Origin: Lama glama
Lineage: Eukaryota
Length of the DNA: 64,000 nt
Assembly: GCA_028534125.1 (NCBI GenBank)
Contig: CM052816.1
Coordinates: 99,574,001 to 99,638,000, forward strand
Reading direction: 5' to 3'
The position numbers and the translations under genes are program-made. The stretch's first letter is position 1, and each line of letters begins with the position of its first letter. Under the pieces are notes generated by a model. It saw nothing but the letters and a program-made list of their open reading frames with translations, was not told the DNA's origin and did no database searches. Below are positions 13,431-24,780 of this stretch, piece after piece.

Positions 13431-14267
13431 TGTGAGGTTTCACTCTGGGGGTGTATTATGTGTGAGCATGGGAGGGACTGAATGTACATCTGGGTGCCAG
13501 CCTGTCTGTGAATGTTTGAGTCTGTGTATGAGAGCTGCTGTCACCCACACTTGTGCCACAGCACACGCACTACACAGGCTGACATCCTGTCTCTGAGAGC
13601 TGTGAACGCAGCTTCCCTGGACAAGTGGCCTGGGCCTGAAGGCTGAGAACTCAGGGAGCAGGAAACACCAGCAGCCCAGGCTGGGTTCGCCTGTAGGGAC
13701 AACGTCGTCCAATCATTCAAGGGCCAAGGCAAAGAGGTCCCCAACTTAACATTATTAAATCAGCACTTACCATGCTCTGAATATCCATGTTCAGCTTTAT
13801 CAGGATCAGACATTTTGTCTGAGAAGAGAAAATGAACCCTTTTCCCAATTTATGTAACTCAAGGGCTCATTCTAGAAGCAAAGCTTGAAAGGTAGCTTTC
13901 CTGTTAAAAAAACAGTTTAAAGATTCTCAAAACAATGCTGCCCACTAGAAGTACAATGAAAGCTCCAAATGGGAGTCGTGTGTGTTATTTTAATTCTTCT
14001 TGTAGCCACATAACAAATAAAAATAAACAGGTGAAGCTGAGTTTCATGGTGCATTGCAGAAACCAACGTGCCCAGTATAACCTCATTTCAAGATGCAGGT
14101 GACATAGAACCCTGTTAACCTGGGCTCTGACCTGCTTTTCCCCATTATGTCTGTGAATTCTGCTGTGCATCGGACTGTGGGAGTGCACGCCAGCTGGACT
14201 GGCCACATTTCAGGTGCTCGGGCGTCGTGCATGGCTGGTGGCTACTGGACAGGGCAGCATGGCTCTC

Positions 14268-14487
14268 CAAGGGTCAGCGGCCGTTTCCTGTGACGTCCAG
14301 ACTGAGTGTTCTCAGGCCTTCGGGCTGTATGGTCTCCCCCCGAAGTCTGCAGCTGTAAAGGGAAGACGGCCATGTGTGTGTGCAGTGTGCACCTGGACAG
14401 GCACAGCTGTGTTCCACCAAAAGCTCACTTACAGAAGCAGGTGGCAGCCTGGATTCGGCCTGCAGGATGCGAGGTGCAGAGCCCCAG
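14268..14487 (+). mobile_element. MER58A-like hAT-Charlie DNA transposon fossil
   Basis: caagggtcagc...gggctgtatggtctc...gctgtgttccaccaaaagctcacttacagaagcaggtggcagcctggattcggcc...gccccag follows the MER58A layout over about 220 bp. Confidence 0.7.
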
Positions 14488-14586
14488 GTAGACCGATACA
14501 ATCTCGTATCCAGTCTTGACCAATAACGCCCAGTGGTATAGAATAACAATACGTTTTGTTTACATCTTCTCCAATTCCGTAGCAAT

Positions 14587-14922
14587 TGTGCTATGAATTG
14601 TGATGTATCCTCCCCATCCATATGCTGAAGCTCTGACCCCCCGTGTGCTGGTGTTGGCAGGGGGGGCCTTGGGAGGTGATTTGGTGTAGATGAGGCCGTG
14701 AGGGTGGGGCCCCTGTGATGTGATTAGTGCCCTTGTGCTCATGGTGCAAGGACGCAGCGAGAAGGCAGCCGTCCGCAGCCAGGAAGAGACCCCTCCCCAG
14801 GTGGACCCCGAGGGCCCCCTGACCTCAGACATCCAGCTTCTCGATCTGAGAGCAAGATTTTCTGCTGTTTGAGCTGCCCAGTCTGTGCTGCTTTGTGACA
14901 GCAGCCTGTGTGGATTTGTACA
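14587..14922 (+). mobile_element. MLT1A-like ERVL-MaLR solo LTR
   Basis: tgtgctatgaattgtg...gggggccttgggaggtgatt..gatgaggccgtgagggtggggccc...ttctgctgtttgagctgcccagtctgtgctgctttgtgacagcagcc...aca. Confidence 0.85.
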
Positions 14923-16885
14923 AGTAGAAAAGTCTTAAAAAGTCACTATATATGTGCCATTTAAAAACCCCTTATTTAGACCCAAACTGTTCCTTTTACA
15001 AAGAAATTATTTAAAAAAAATTAAAATCTTTTGACCTTGATATGTCAATATGCATTTTTCCCTCAATGTCAAATAACTCACTTCCATCTCCTAATTAACG
15101 ATAATATGTTTTTTAAAAAGTATATACAGACTGAAAGCAGAAAGCTACTCATCACTGACCAGCTGCTCTGGCTAAGATCACCTTCGGTCTGGTCACCCTA
15201 GGAGCTGGACTAACAACACACTCCCAGTTTCCTGTTTCTGCTTGCTTTCTTCTCAGCCTAACTCTGAAAACGTGCACCCTTCTCTGCTGCTTGTGGAAGG
15301 TGCATGGCGAACACGTTGTGCAGATTGCATCATGGCTTCAGGCAGGACCCTCCACGCATTTTTTTCATCAACATAAAAGGGATATTTTTCCTCCCTGCAT
15401 GAACTTTTAGCCTCCCTTTGTACTACTGCCGTCTGTTTAACACAATGATGGTATTTCTTTCATGTTATTTTTTTGTACAGGGCAGCGATGGTAAATTGCT
15501 TGTAGTTAGTTTTAAGTGAACAACTTATTGCTGTTTCATTTCTCTTTCTTCTAATAAATGCCTAGCTTTAATATTTTTCTTATGTGTTAATTCCCAGCAC
15601 ATTGTAAATAAAAGCCAGATCAATGCTGTATTTCAACAAGCAAGTAGCTATTTATCTTCTCTTTTGGTTATTTTCTCCCTTTGCAGCATTCTCCCAATTC
15701 TTTCCAGTCTGATAGTAGAGAAACAGAAAGGAGCCCAGTGCTCCTCCCTCTGCATCAGAAAGGACGCTTCCTTGTCCGGAGTCCCCAAGAGCTTGCCCGT
15801 CAATTCTACCTGCTGCTAAAGCAACAGGCATTGCGATGTCTTGGTGTGACCTGGCTGTTGAATCTTACACACGAGAAATTATTTTCCAAGTTGCTTTTTT
15901 CCCGTTTTCAACCTTGGGTGCTAGCCAAGCAATGCTCGTTGTTTAATTTGCTGTTTCTCAGGACCTTTGATAAACTGTAAAATGATATGTGTCTGCAATT
16001 TAATAACTTAAAATTTAATTTAAAAAATCAAGGAAATGGATATTGTTTTTTCTTTGAATATATCAACAGGGAACATACTTCATGGTGCTTTAAACTTTGG
16101 TCGATATTTTGATAGAAATGCTTAATTTATCTGACACAGGTATCATTTTCATTATTTTCATTCTGTAATGCAATCTGCATTCCAGACTCCTATGTGCTCT
16201 GGATGGACTCCCCCAGCCTCTTCAGGGAAAAGCCCCTCGATTCAGGCTGGAAAGCAAACTCCTTCTGGAACTTCGCTCCTCCCCCGCGCCCTAAACCACT
16301 CAGCACTAATTGGCTTCATTACAGCCAGACATGAGATTGCATCTCATCACAGTGTCCTCTTGATGGAGGCTAAGAAATCTCCCCTCGAATACGGATAGCA
16401 CCTAAGGCAACGGAGAAATTAAAGAGCTAATAGATGCTCCCGATTTAATTGTAAGGACAGTTGTGCAGAAAAAGGGGAAGTTGCACTTCCGTATATCTGC
16501 CCGACTTGACCCGGGCCAGTTTTGAGTCCAGGGTGAGAGATTTCAAGCCTTGGAAAGAATCTCAAATAAACCCATCTGCATCTCTTTATTGTGTAATAAA
16601 ATTGAGGCCAGGAATTTTCCCCATTCACATGTGACTTCGTCTCCATGTGAGGCAGGGGGCTCACACGCCGGGGTCCACATCCCAGGCACGCTGCAGCTTA
16701 CTTCTCCACACTCAGCGCCTCTGCCCCCGTCCCTCCCTTCCTACACGGACTGTCTTGACAAACACTTCCCCCTGACTATTCACCAGACACGTGCTCTGAG
16801 GCCTGTAAACACTTTGAAACACCCATAGCCATTTGCATTCATCGATTTAAATCGTCCTGTTAGTTGTGAGTTCATTTAAAATGAA

Positions 16886-17243
16886 TCCCATTTTGTACGT
16901 AGTAGTTTGTAACTGCTCATCCCAAACTCCTAATTTATCCCCCTCCTTTCCCCTTTGGTAACTATAAGTTTTTTTTCCCTATGTCCATGAATCAGTTTCT
17001 GTTTTGTAAAAAAGTTCATTTATATCATTTTTTAGATTCCACATATAAGAGACATCATATGATAAACAGTAAGGACCTACTGCAGGAGGTGGGGACTATG
17101 TCTTCAATATCTTGTACTAAACCTATAATGGAGAAGAATCTGGAAAATAGCGTATGCACGTTCGTGCGTGTAACAGAGCCACGATGCCGCATACCAGGAA
17201 CCAACGCAGCGCTGTAAATCAACTCCAGTTCAGCTAAAAAGAA
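16886..17243 (+). mobile_element. 5'-truncated L1 with inverted 5' part (about 16886-17060 minus, 17061-17243 plus)
   Basis: The reverse complement of the left part is the L1 3' UTR segment ending caaactactacgtacaaaatgg; the right part continues gataaacagtaaggacctactg to the A-tail. Confidence 0.85.
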
Positions 17244-17709
17244 GGGACGCAGTGAAGGAAAGGATCCTAGTTCCGCATCAGTGAGGAGAGGCCGAGGGCC
17301 CTAAGGAGACTGCTCTGTGGAATTCACTGAGGCTTCCTCCCAGACCCTATTGATGGAGGAGTTTTTGTAGGCATTTCATGGGCGCATTGAAAGAAAGATA
17401 TTTATTTCTCTTCTTCAGAGACCAAATTGGGCACATGTCTATAGCTCAGGTTTTTGGATGAGGTAACTTAATGATGAGTAAATACTGTCCTCGGTTAGTG
17501 GTTTTTAGTCCCTGCCTGCGTCTGATGGAAGCAGGTTAAAGGGCACGAATGTGCCGGGGTGAAGGGTCAGAAGGGGCTCCTCAGAGATGGCCGACGCCCG
17601 GCAGCCCCCGTTCGGTGCCAGCTCCGTGCCGGCTGCCCCCAGAGATCAGCTCCACTTACACCCCCGGAGACCTCAGGAGGGGTTTCCTGGTACAAGTTCA
17701 AGTGTTGAA

Positions 17710-18088
17710 AATGCAGGTGTTGGAGTTCTGGCCACCAGCACCTCACAATGTGACTTCATTCGCAAACGGGGTCATTGAAGATCTAATTGACTAAGATGAG
17801 GTCATGGGGGGGATTCAGTATGACTCGTGTACTTATAAGAAGGGGACATTTGGACACAGACACACATGGCAGAGGGAGTATGCCGTGTGAACCTGAAGGC
17901 GGAGATGGGGGGCAGCCCCTCGAGCCCAGACGGCTGGTAAAGCCCCAGAAGCTGGGGGGGTTAGAGGGAGCTAGTCCTGCCGTCTGTCACCTTGGTCTCT
18001 GGCTTCCAGATCTGGGACATGACACAGTTCTGTTGTTTAAAGCATCCAGTTTGCAGAACCCAGTTACGGCAGCCTTTGCTGACTAACA
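17710..18088 (+). mobile_element. MLT1B/C-like MaLR solo LTR
   Basis: cacctcacaatgtgacttcattcgcaaacggggtcattgaagat...taagatgaggtcat...ttataagaaggggacatttggacacagac...ttctgttgtttaaagcatccagtttg...gcagcc..gactaacac. Confidence 0.85.
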
Positions 18089-20134
18089 CGGCGCGCATCA
18101 CTGGCCCGTTCGACGAATAGAAGCAGGTTTGTTTTATTATTTAATTCACTACAGCGTGTCTCCGCTAAGAAGGACGGTGCTTGTCTTCAGCGCACACACA
18201 CTTTCCGCCACATCCTGGTGTCCCAGTGTCACTGAACAGGCTCTGAACTGGCGACCCTCCCTCGGTGCTGCCAGCCGGGACGGGATGCCTGGAGACAGCC
18301 ACCTCTGCAGTTGAGAAGGGCCCCCGGGTGTCAACTGCCCCCACACTGAGACCACCAGCCCCACCGTGGAGACTCAGCTCTACGCCAGCAGCTGTTTTAA
18401 GTCCATGTCTCACGTTACACCCTTGCTGCTTCGTGATTAGGCGGATAAAGCTCAAGACTAGAACCTGGGAGAAAGAGGACTCTTGACGGTTTTCACTTCT
18501 CCTGGGGACACGCAGTAAAAAGTCCTTCGCACGTAGATCTTTGCCTCAAATGTTTGTTTCTTTTTTTATCGGGTGGGAGATGAAGTGTCAAAACACACCA
18601 AATTAGATCATCAATAGCTGTTTTTATAGTAGCAGGTTTTATGTGGGGAGTTTTATAGGAGCGCCACGTAGCCTGTTTAAACAACTTCTCTTCAAGGTTG
18701 TAAGGGCACAGGCAAGTTGAGATCAGACGAGGAGAAAGTAAGGGAGGTGGGAGTCGTCAGCTCCCGATTCTGGAATCCTGCGCGCTCAGTGCGTCTTGGA
18801 GATGCTCCAGGGATGGCGCATCTTAATCAGTGGGGATCCCACTGCTGTCTGCTGCTGACAGACGCAGGGTTACGTCTGGTTCAGTCCGTGCCTCCCAATT
18901 TTCTGAAAGGCCATGTACTCCGTGGAAGGTATTTTATCTCCAGAGAGTCTCAGAACGACTCTAAGGAGCCCTACCCCTTGAGTCTTCTCTTGGCTTGTCT
19001 CACTTTTTATTGAGTCTTGCCGTGTACACAGATCTCAGTGTTTTCCAGCTGCAGAAAGACAAAGGGTCCAGAGATGGCAGATGCGGCCAAAAGCTGTGAC
19101 TCAGGTCCTGACGCCAACCCAGCCAGGCGCTTCCCAATTTATAAATTAGTTCTTTGGGGGTTCCAACTGGTCTCCTGCAAAACTGGATTTTTACCTGGAT
19201 GGTCTCTGCAGACACAGGGCTTTTCGCCCACACTGTTCTGGACAGAAGCCTTGCACACTTGTGGCCCCTGTCTGTCCTGCCAGCATCCTAGTGGGGGGGG
19301 ACCGGTGCTAGGCTGGAGGCTCCTTCCACCTGGAGACCAGCCTGGTCCCAGATCGCCCTGGTCTCCAGGTGCCACCTGTCTGGCTTGACCCTTTCTCTCT
19401 AATTTGGCTTCGAGCCTCCTCACCTCATCCTAAACCCAAAGTGCAGGAAGGTTGCACGTTGTTTTATATAATCTTGAGACTCATATTATACAGTAAGTGC
19501 TTCCTTACTAGGGACCCAAATTCATGAATGAATGAGAAGAACAGAAGACTGGGAGGCACCAGGTGACAGGCAGTGTAAATAGCTGTGAGAGGAAGCCTGG
19601 TACAAGGCGCACAGACCCACCTGTTAAAGACCAACCCGCCCCCTCCGCTTACTCTCGGGGACGCCTGCTGTCCCAGCCACCGCCGCCACAGCTGACCGTC
19701 CCCGGATGTACACTGCACCCCTGCTGACCCGTCAGGAGCCCTTCTCTGATGAGGGTTCTGGTCCACCCCCCGACAGGTCCGGGAAGCCTTGCCCTGGTGG
19801 ATCCTTTGCTGACAGCAGGTAGATACAGGAGATGCTGCCCGTCCAGGCCGGCGCTGTGGGAGCTCCCTTCTCCCCACCCTGGTGCCCGGCAAAGCTCCAG
19901 GAGGTAGCCACTCAGTCATCAGGGGCAGGGGAGGAAGGTGGGCAACTGGAGTTGAAGCCCGCAGACCTCCCTCCGTGGCACTGAGCAGGCGACCCAGCCC
20001 CTGGTGCCAACACACCCTCTCCCCCGGATACTGTTAAGAACTCTGGCTGGGATCTGAATTCTTCCCATGTTTACTCCCTCTAAAGTCCCAACCCCACGGT
20101 GTGAAGGGTGCAGACGAGAAGGAGGGTTGGTGAT

Positions 20135-20560
20135 TGCTGGTCAGAAAGGTCCTGGGTCTGTTGCCCTGACCCACTGAGCAGCTGGAACACCTTCCTGAGG
20201 CCACCACGTCAATTCGGAAGATGAAGGTGCGCTCCCTGCAGAACGCTGGACAGTAGGCTTGTTTAACATGGAGAAGAAATGGCTGAAAATGATTCAGTGC
20301 CTACATATAAAACACACGAACACTCCCCCATGGAATGTGGGGAGCTGGTGTTCTTACACGTGACCGAAGGCATAACGAAAGGACGTGAGTTTGAATGACA
20401 GCGTGAAGAAATTAGGTTACACGTGGAGACTGCCTCCCCGCATTGAGTTACAACTCTCGGGGGCAGGTTACCGAGGAAGAGAGGATTCTTTGAAGATTTT
20501 AACACATACGTATCCCTTGACACAGGCAGGCATTAGGATCCAGCTGATTTTAAAGTAAAA
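20135..20560 (+). mobile_element. CR1/L3 LINE 3' region remnant
   Basis: ggcttgtttaacatggagaagaaatggctga and gaaggcataacgaaaggacgtgagtttgaatgacagcgtgaagaaattaggttacac resemble the CR1/L3 ORF2 C-terminal segment (LGLFSLEKRRL...GRTRGNGLKL...FRLDIRK). Confidence 0.55.
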
Positions 20561-22436
20561 TTCCACATACCGTTCCCCATTTTCCCACGTAAGTCAGTGT
20601 TTCCATGACAGGTGGAACTGAGTGGGTCCCCGGATCGCTCACCACCCTGAACTGGGAGCCCGCGGTCAGAGGGCTTTCTGGACACCCCTGCATGCGTGCG
20701 GCCCACACCCTTCCCTCCTCGAGGACTGTGTGCCCTTGCTCATCTTCGCCTGGGTTTTCCCTGGGAAGCGCCGGGCCGCGCCTACTGGAACGACCACAAT
20801 GCCTGGAGCCGTCCACTGGGGCAGAGAGGGTTTCCAGTGAACACAGAGATGGGAGCAGGAGCGCGTCTGGGCGGCCACGTAAAGGGAAACTCGAACCCAA
20901 AGCAACTGGTGACAAGAGTCCGCGTAGGGAGGAAATGCGAGTCTGTGTCTTTCCCATTGAGAATTCCAGCTGCAGATGCAGGAGAGCGACTCTGGCGCGG
21001 TGAAGGGTTTCCAAGGGGCCCAGCCCAGGACGGAGGGGTCTCCCCGAGAGGCTGTGGCTGTCTTTTAAGTTGACTAAATAAAACTCCTTCGTTTGTGTCT
21101 TCTCCTTTAAGATGTCACGTCTTCATTTCTTTTCCCTGTCCATTCACAATCAAGAAACAGAAAACGAGCTAGTTCCCGTCATTTTCAGGATGGCTGGGCA
21201 TTGACTCCAGGCTGTTGCCTTTTAGCTGATTTGAATTCGGTGACAGTGACTACAGACATGGCCCCAGGACATGTTCTCCCCTCTCCTGCGTCTCCTATTG
21301 GGTTTCTCATCTGACAAGCGAATAAGTGATTCCCCTTGGCCCAAATTGAAACCCCGTAAGCCGGCCCGCCCGCGGTGCGTAGCCTGCAGCTAACAGGTAT
21401 GGTTACCTCGTCTCCACGGCTCCGCTGAGCGTCCTGAAAAGGTGCTGACGGACGCTGGGCTGCGTGGGGAGATTCCCTTACATCTGAATTTGTGGATTTT
21501 CCCTGACCTGACCCCCCTGCCCATGAGGAACGGCCATTTCTGGGTGTGATTTTCAGTGAACAAAGATCATCCCAAATAAATTGGGTGTGCTTTGTTTATT
21601 TGTTTATTTTGACTTACTTTACTTGGTGAGGCTTTAGAGAGGAAATCGAATCATGTTTCAGACATAAGAAATGTTGACCGATGGTTGAGAGACCGGAGAG
21701 TAAACTGAGCCTTCTCGCTAGCAGAGCACAAAAGCAGGCAGCGGATCAGACTGAGGATTCCACTCTAAACCCAGTCCAAATACGAGCTGCTTTTATTTAA
21801 AAATCTCTGAATTTAAAAGTATCTGGGCATTGACCCAATTCACACATCTTGAAGTGAGTCGGGAAGGAAAAAGATAACATGAATATAAATGGTCCAACTT
21901 TATCCTCTTGCCATTCAGCTTAAAAGCATTTCCCTTTTTTTGGGCAGTTTACCAACTATCTCAGACTGTTAAGTCACAAACATGTGAACAATGAATCTCA
22001 AGTCTTATTATCTAAATTGCTCTTGGATAAGGTTAGCGATGAATTCTTCTGCACGAGTCAGAAAAGTACAAAGATAGTAATTAACAGTATTAAAAACATT
22101 TTTTTCTTTACACCTTAAAGAGTTTCCAAGCACATTACTAAAGAATTTGACCCCAACATTACAGCTGCAGCCCTGGGGGGGGCTCTTAGATTAACAGTAT
22201 CATACCTGGCCCTCTGTCTTTCCAAAATGAACTCTTAATAAGATAAGAATCTGTGTCTTTGTGTCTTTATTTTCCAATTACTGAGTCAGTTCTTGAAACG
22301 TTCTGAATCAGAGCTTGCCAGGTCGTGCGATTCTGCGGGGGGACTCTCACAAGCTCTGTTAGGCACGTCCAGCGTTGGCTGTGAGGGCTTCAGGGCGCAT
22401 GGGCCTGTGCTGGGCTAACGGAAGGCTGGGTCACTG

Positions 22437-22580
22437 GGAGAATCAGACACTGAGCAGCGTCCAGAGTTAACACCTGCAGCTGTGCGGTCTCGGGAAATTT
22501 ATTTAATTTCACTGAGACAGAATTTATTTGCTCCAACGTGGAGATCAATATCCATCTTTCAAAGTTTTCAGGCTTACAGA
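22437..22580 (+). mobile_element. MIR SINE remnant
   Basis: gaatcagacac...cagctgtgcggtctcgggaaatttatttaatttcactgagacagaatt resembles the MIR core. Confidence 0.4.
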
Positions 22581-23505
22581 TTATAGGTGGGTAAGGACTT
22601 TTAAACACACCAGAGGCCTCTGATAAATAATTTAACAACTATTCCGTAAACACTCATCTTGGCCACATTCAGGGCACACTTGCCTGTATCTCCAAATGAA
22701 GATGCATGGGGGGGGCACTCCCATGACCTTGGCTCCCTGTCAGGACATCCTGCAGAGTTCCAGGAGTCAGCAAAGTGGGGGCCACTCAAATCCACGCCGT
22801 CTCAGGAGCTTCCAGTGGCCAACTGTGCAGATTTGAGCCTGGGAGGGAGAGAGGGCCCCGGGAGGTCGTTTGGCCTGGTTTCGGGTAGACAAGATTCTGC
22901 CCAAGCACCGGTCAGTCCACCTGGTGTGCGTGTGTGGGGAGGGAGGTGGGGGTGTGAGGACACCTGTGGCTGGACAGTCCCTAGGGACCATGTGTGCAGT
23001 GGGAGCGGGTATGGACGTGGAGGACAGATTGCTCCGGAGGCCGGAGGGGTTACATTCTGTCATCATTCATCTTCAGCGCAGGTTCCAGTGGAGCCACAGA
23101 CTCTCTTTTGTCAAAAATGGACCAAAACTCAGGCTGGAGTGGGGCTTGGGGTAGGAGAGGCTCCCAAGGACCTGTGTCCCCCAGTCATCTGTCCCGTCCT
23201 AGGAGAGGTGCCAGCAGGTGATACTGAGGCTGGTGATGTTCTACATAGTCATTAAAAATTGTCAGATGCACTAAAACCTATTTACACTTGCAGTGGTTTA
23301 TTACTCTTCTAGTAAGGATCCAGCATTACACTACGGTGTAGAGAAACACTTACATGAATCCACAATGTGCGTTTTGTGACCTGGGTCTTCGATGTTTCAG
23401 GGAGGAAACTATAGCCAGATATTTTTTTCCCTGAAAACTTTCAAAGTGAACTGGCCAACCATTCACCCTGACTTTCCACTTCATCACCTTCATCACCTTC
23501 ACTGT

Positions 23506-23856
23506 TGTGTCAGTCTCCTGAGGCCGCCAAAACAAGGTACCATAGATAGAGAAATCTATTTCCTCTCAGCTCTGGAGGCTGACAGTGCAAGATCGAGGTG
23601 AGGGCAGAGCTGGTTTCCCCTGCGGCCTCCCTTCCTGGTGTGCAGACAGCCGTCTTCTCCCCGTGTCCTCCCGTGGTTGTCCCTCCGTGCGTGTCTGTGT
23701 CCTCATCTTCTCTTCTTAGAAGGACACCTCCTGTTGGCTTAAGACTCACCCTGATGACCTTGTTTTAACTTGGTTACCTCTTTCAAGGCTTTCTCTCCAA
23801 ACACAGTCACCTTTAGAGGTCCTGGGATCAGTATGGGACACAGTTAGTCCATGACA
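23506..23856 (-). mobile_element. MLT1B-like MaLR solo LTR
   Basis: tgtgtcagtctcctgaggccgccaaaacaaggtacca...ctcagctctggaggctg..aagatcgaggtg...ctccaaacacagtcac...gggacacagttagtccatgaca. Confidence 0.85.
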
Positions 23857-23871
23857 CTTCCTTATCTGTGA

Positions 23872-24015
23872 CACTGGCTCTCACATTTGGGGGACCTAGA
23901 AAACTTGCTGGACCCACCCTCCCTGGTCTTGGATTCCACAGATTCGCATGCATTTCTGATAAATTCCAGGGGATACTGACCCTGGGGCTCTGACACCACA
24001 GTCTGAGACCCCCAG
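23872..24015 (-). mobile_element. MER5A-like hAT-Charlie fossil
   Basis: Reverse complement ctgggggtctcagactgtggt...cagtatcccctggaatttatcagaaatgca...gggtgggtccagcaag...tgagagccagtg follows the MER5A layout. Confidence 0.65.
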
Positions 24016-24614
24016 ATTTCAAATACAGCATCACTGAGGGAGAATAAGCCACATCCTGGGTCCACAACCAGCAAAGCTGGACCTGGTTCCATCAGAAAAA
24101 ACTGAGGGGTGCTCTCCTTCTTGTGTTTGTTCCTCTTCTCTCTAGATCTGTTTCTCAATTTGAAGAAAAATCAATGAAGTTTTCTTCCCAATGTGAAAAC
24201 ACACACTTGAAATTACAAAGGACAAACTCATAAATCTTGATCATCTGTCACCTGATAACAGGCATAAAATAATTAAAAAGCAGAAGGAATATTCTTCAGA
24301 AATCTAGATCATAGCATGAAAGAAACTCAAATTCCAAGGACTCCGTAGGAGTCATGTGCTCAAAACCGGCCTGTGGAAAATCAGGAAGGGCCGGCAGATA
24401 CTAACTGTCACTTTGTTTCTCATTGTTCCTGGTCCTTGCCCATAGAACTTACCTTTTTATTTGTCTTATTGTTTTAGAAGCTGAATATACTTGAACCCAG
24501 TGAGGTCCAAGCAGAAAGCTGGCTTCAGACATCTGTCAATCATAGTTCAGGGTCGAGGGAAGTTTTCAAGGTCAGAGAAATCTGATTAGTGCTGATCATT
24601 CCCCACTCTTGAGT

Positions 24615-24780
24615 AAATTAAATAAAAAATACTTGGTAATCAATGTATTATAAAATAATTGTGTAATAGATAATATGAAATGTAAAATAAAAATTGTTTT
24701 CATAAATTAAAATTTATTTTTATAAATAAAAATTTATTATTTTATAAGTACATAAAACTTTATATTTTATAATCTCATAA
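24615..24780. repeat. AT-rich low-complexity tract
   Basis: Almost pure A/T (taaattaaaatttatttttataaataaaaatttattattttataag). Confidence 0.8.
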
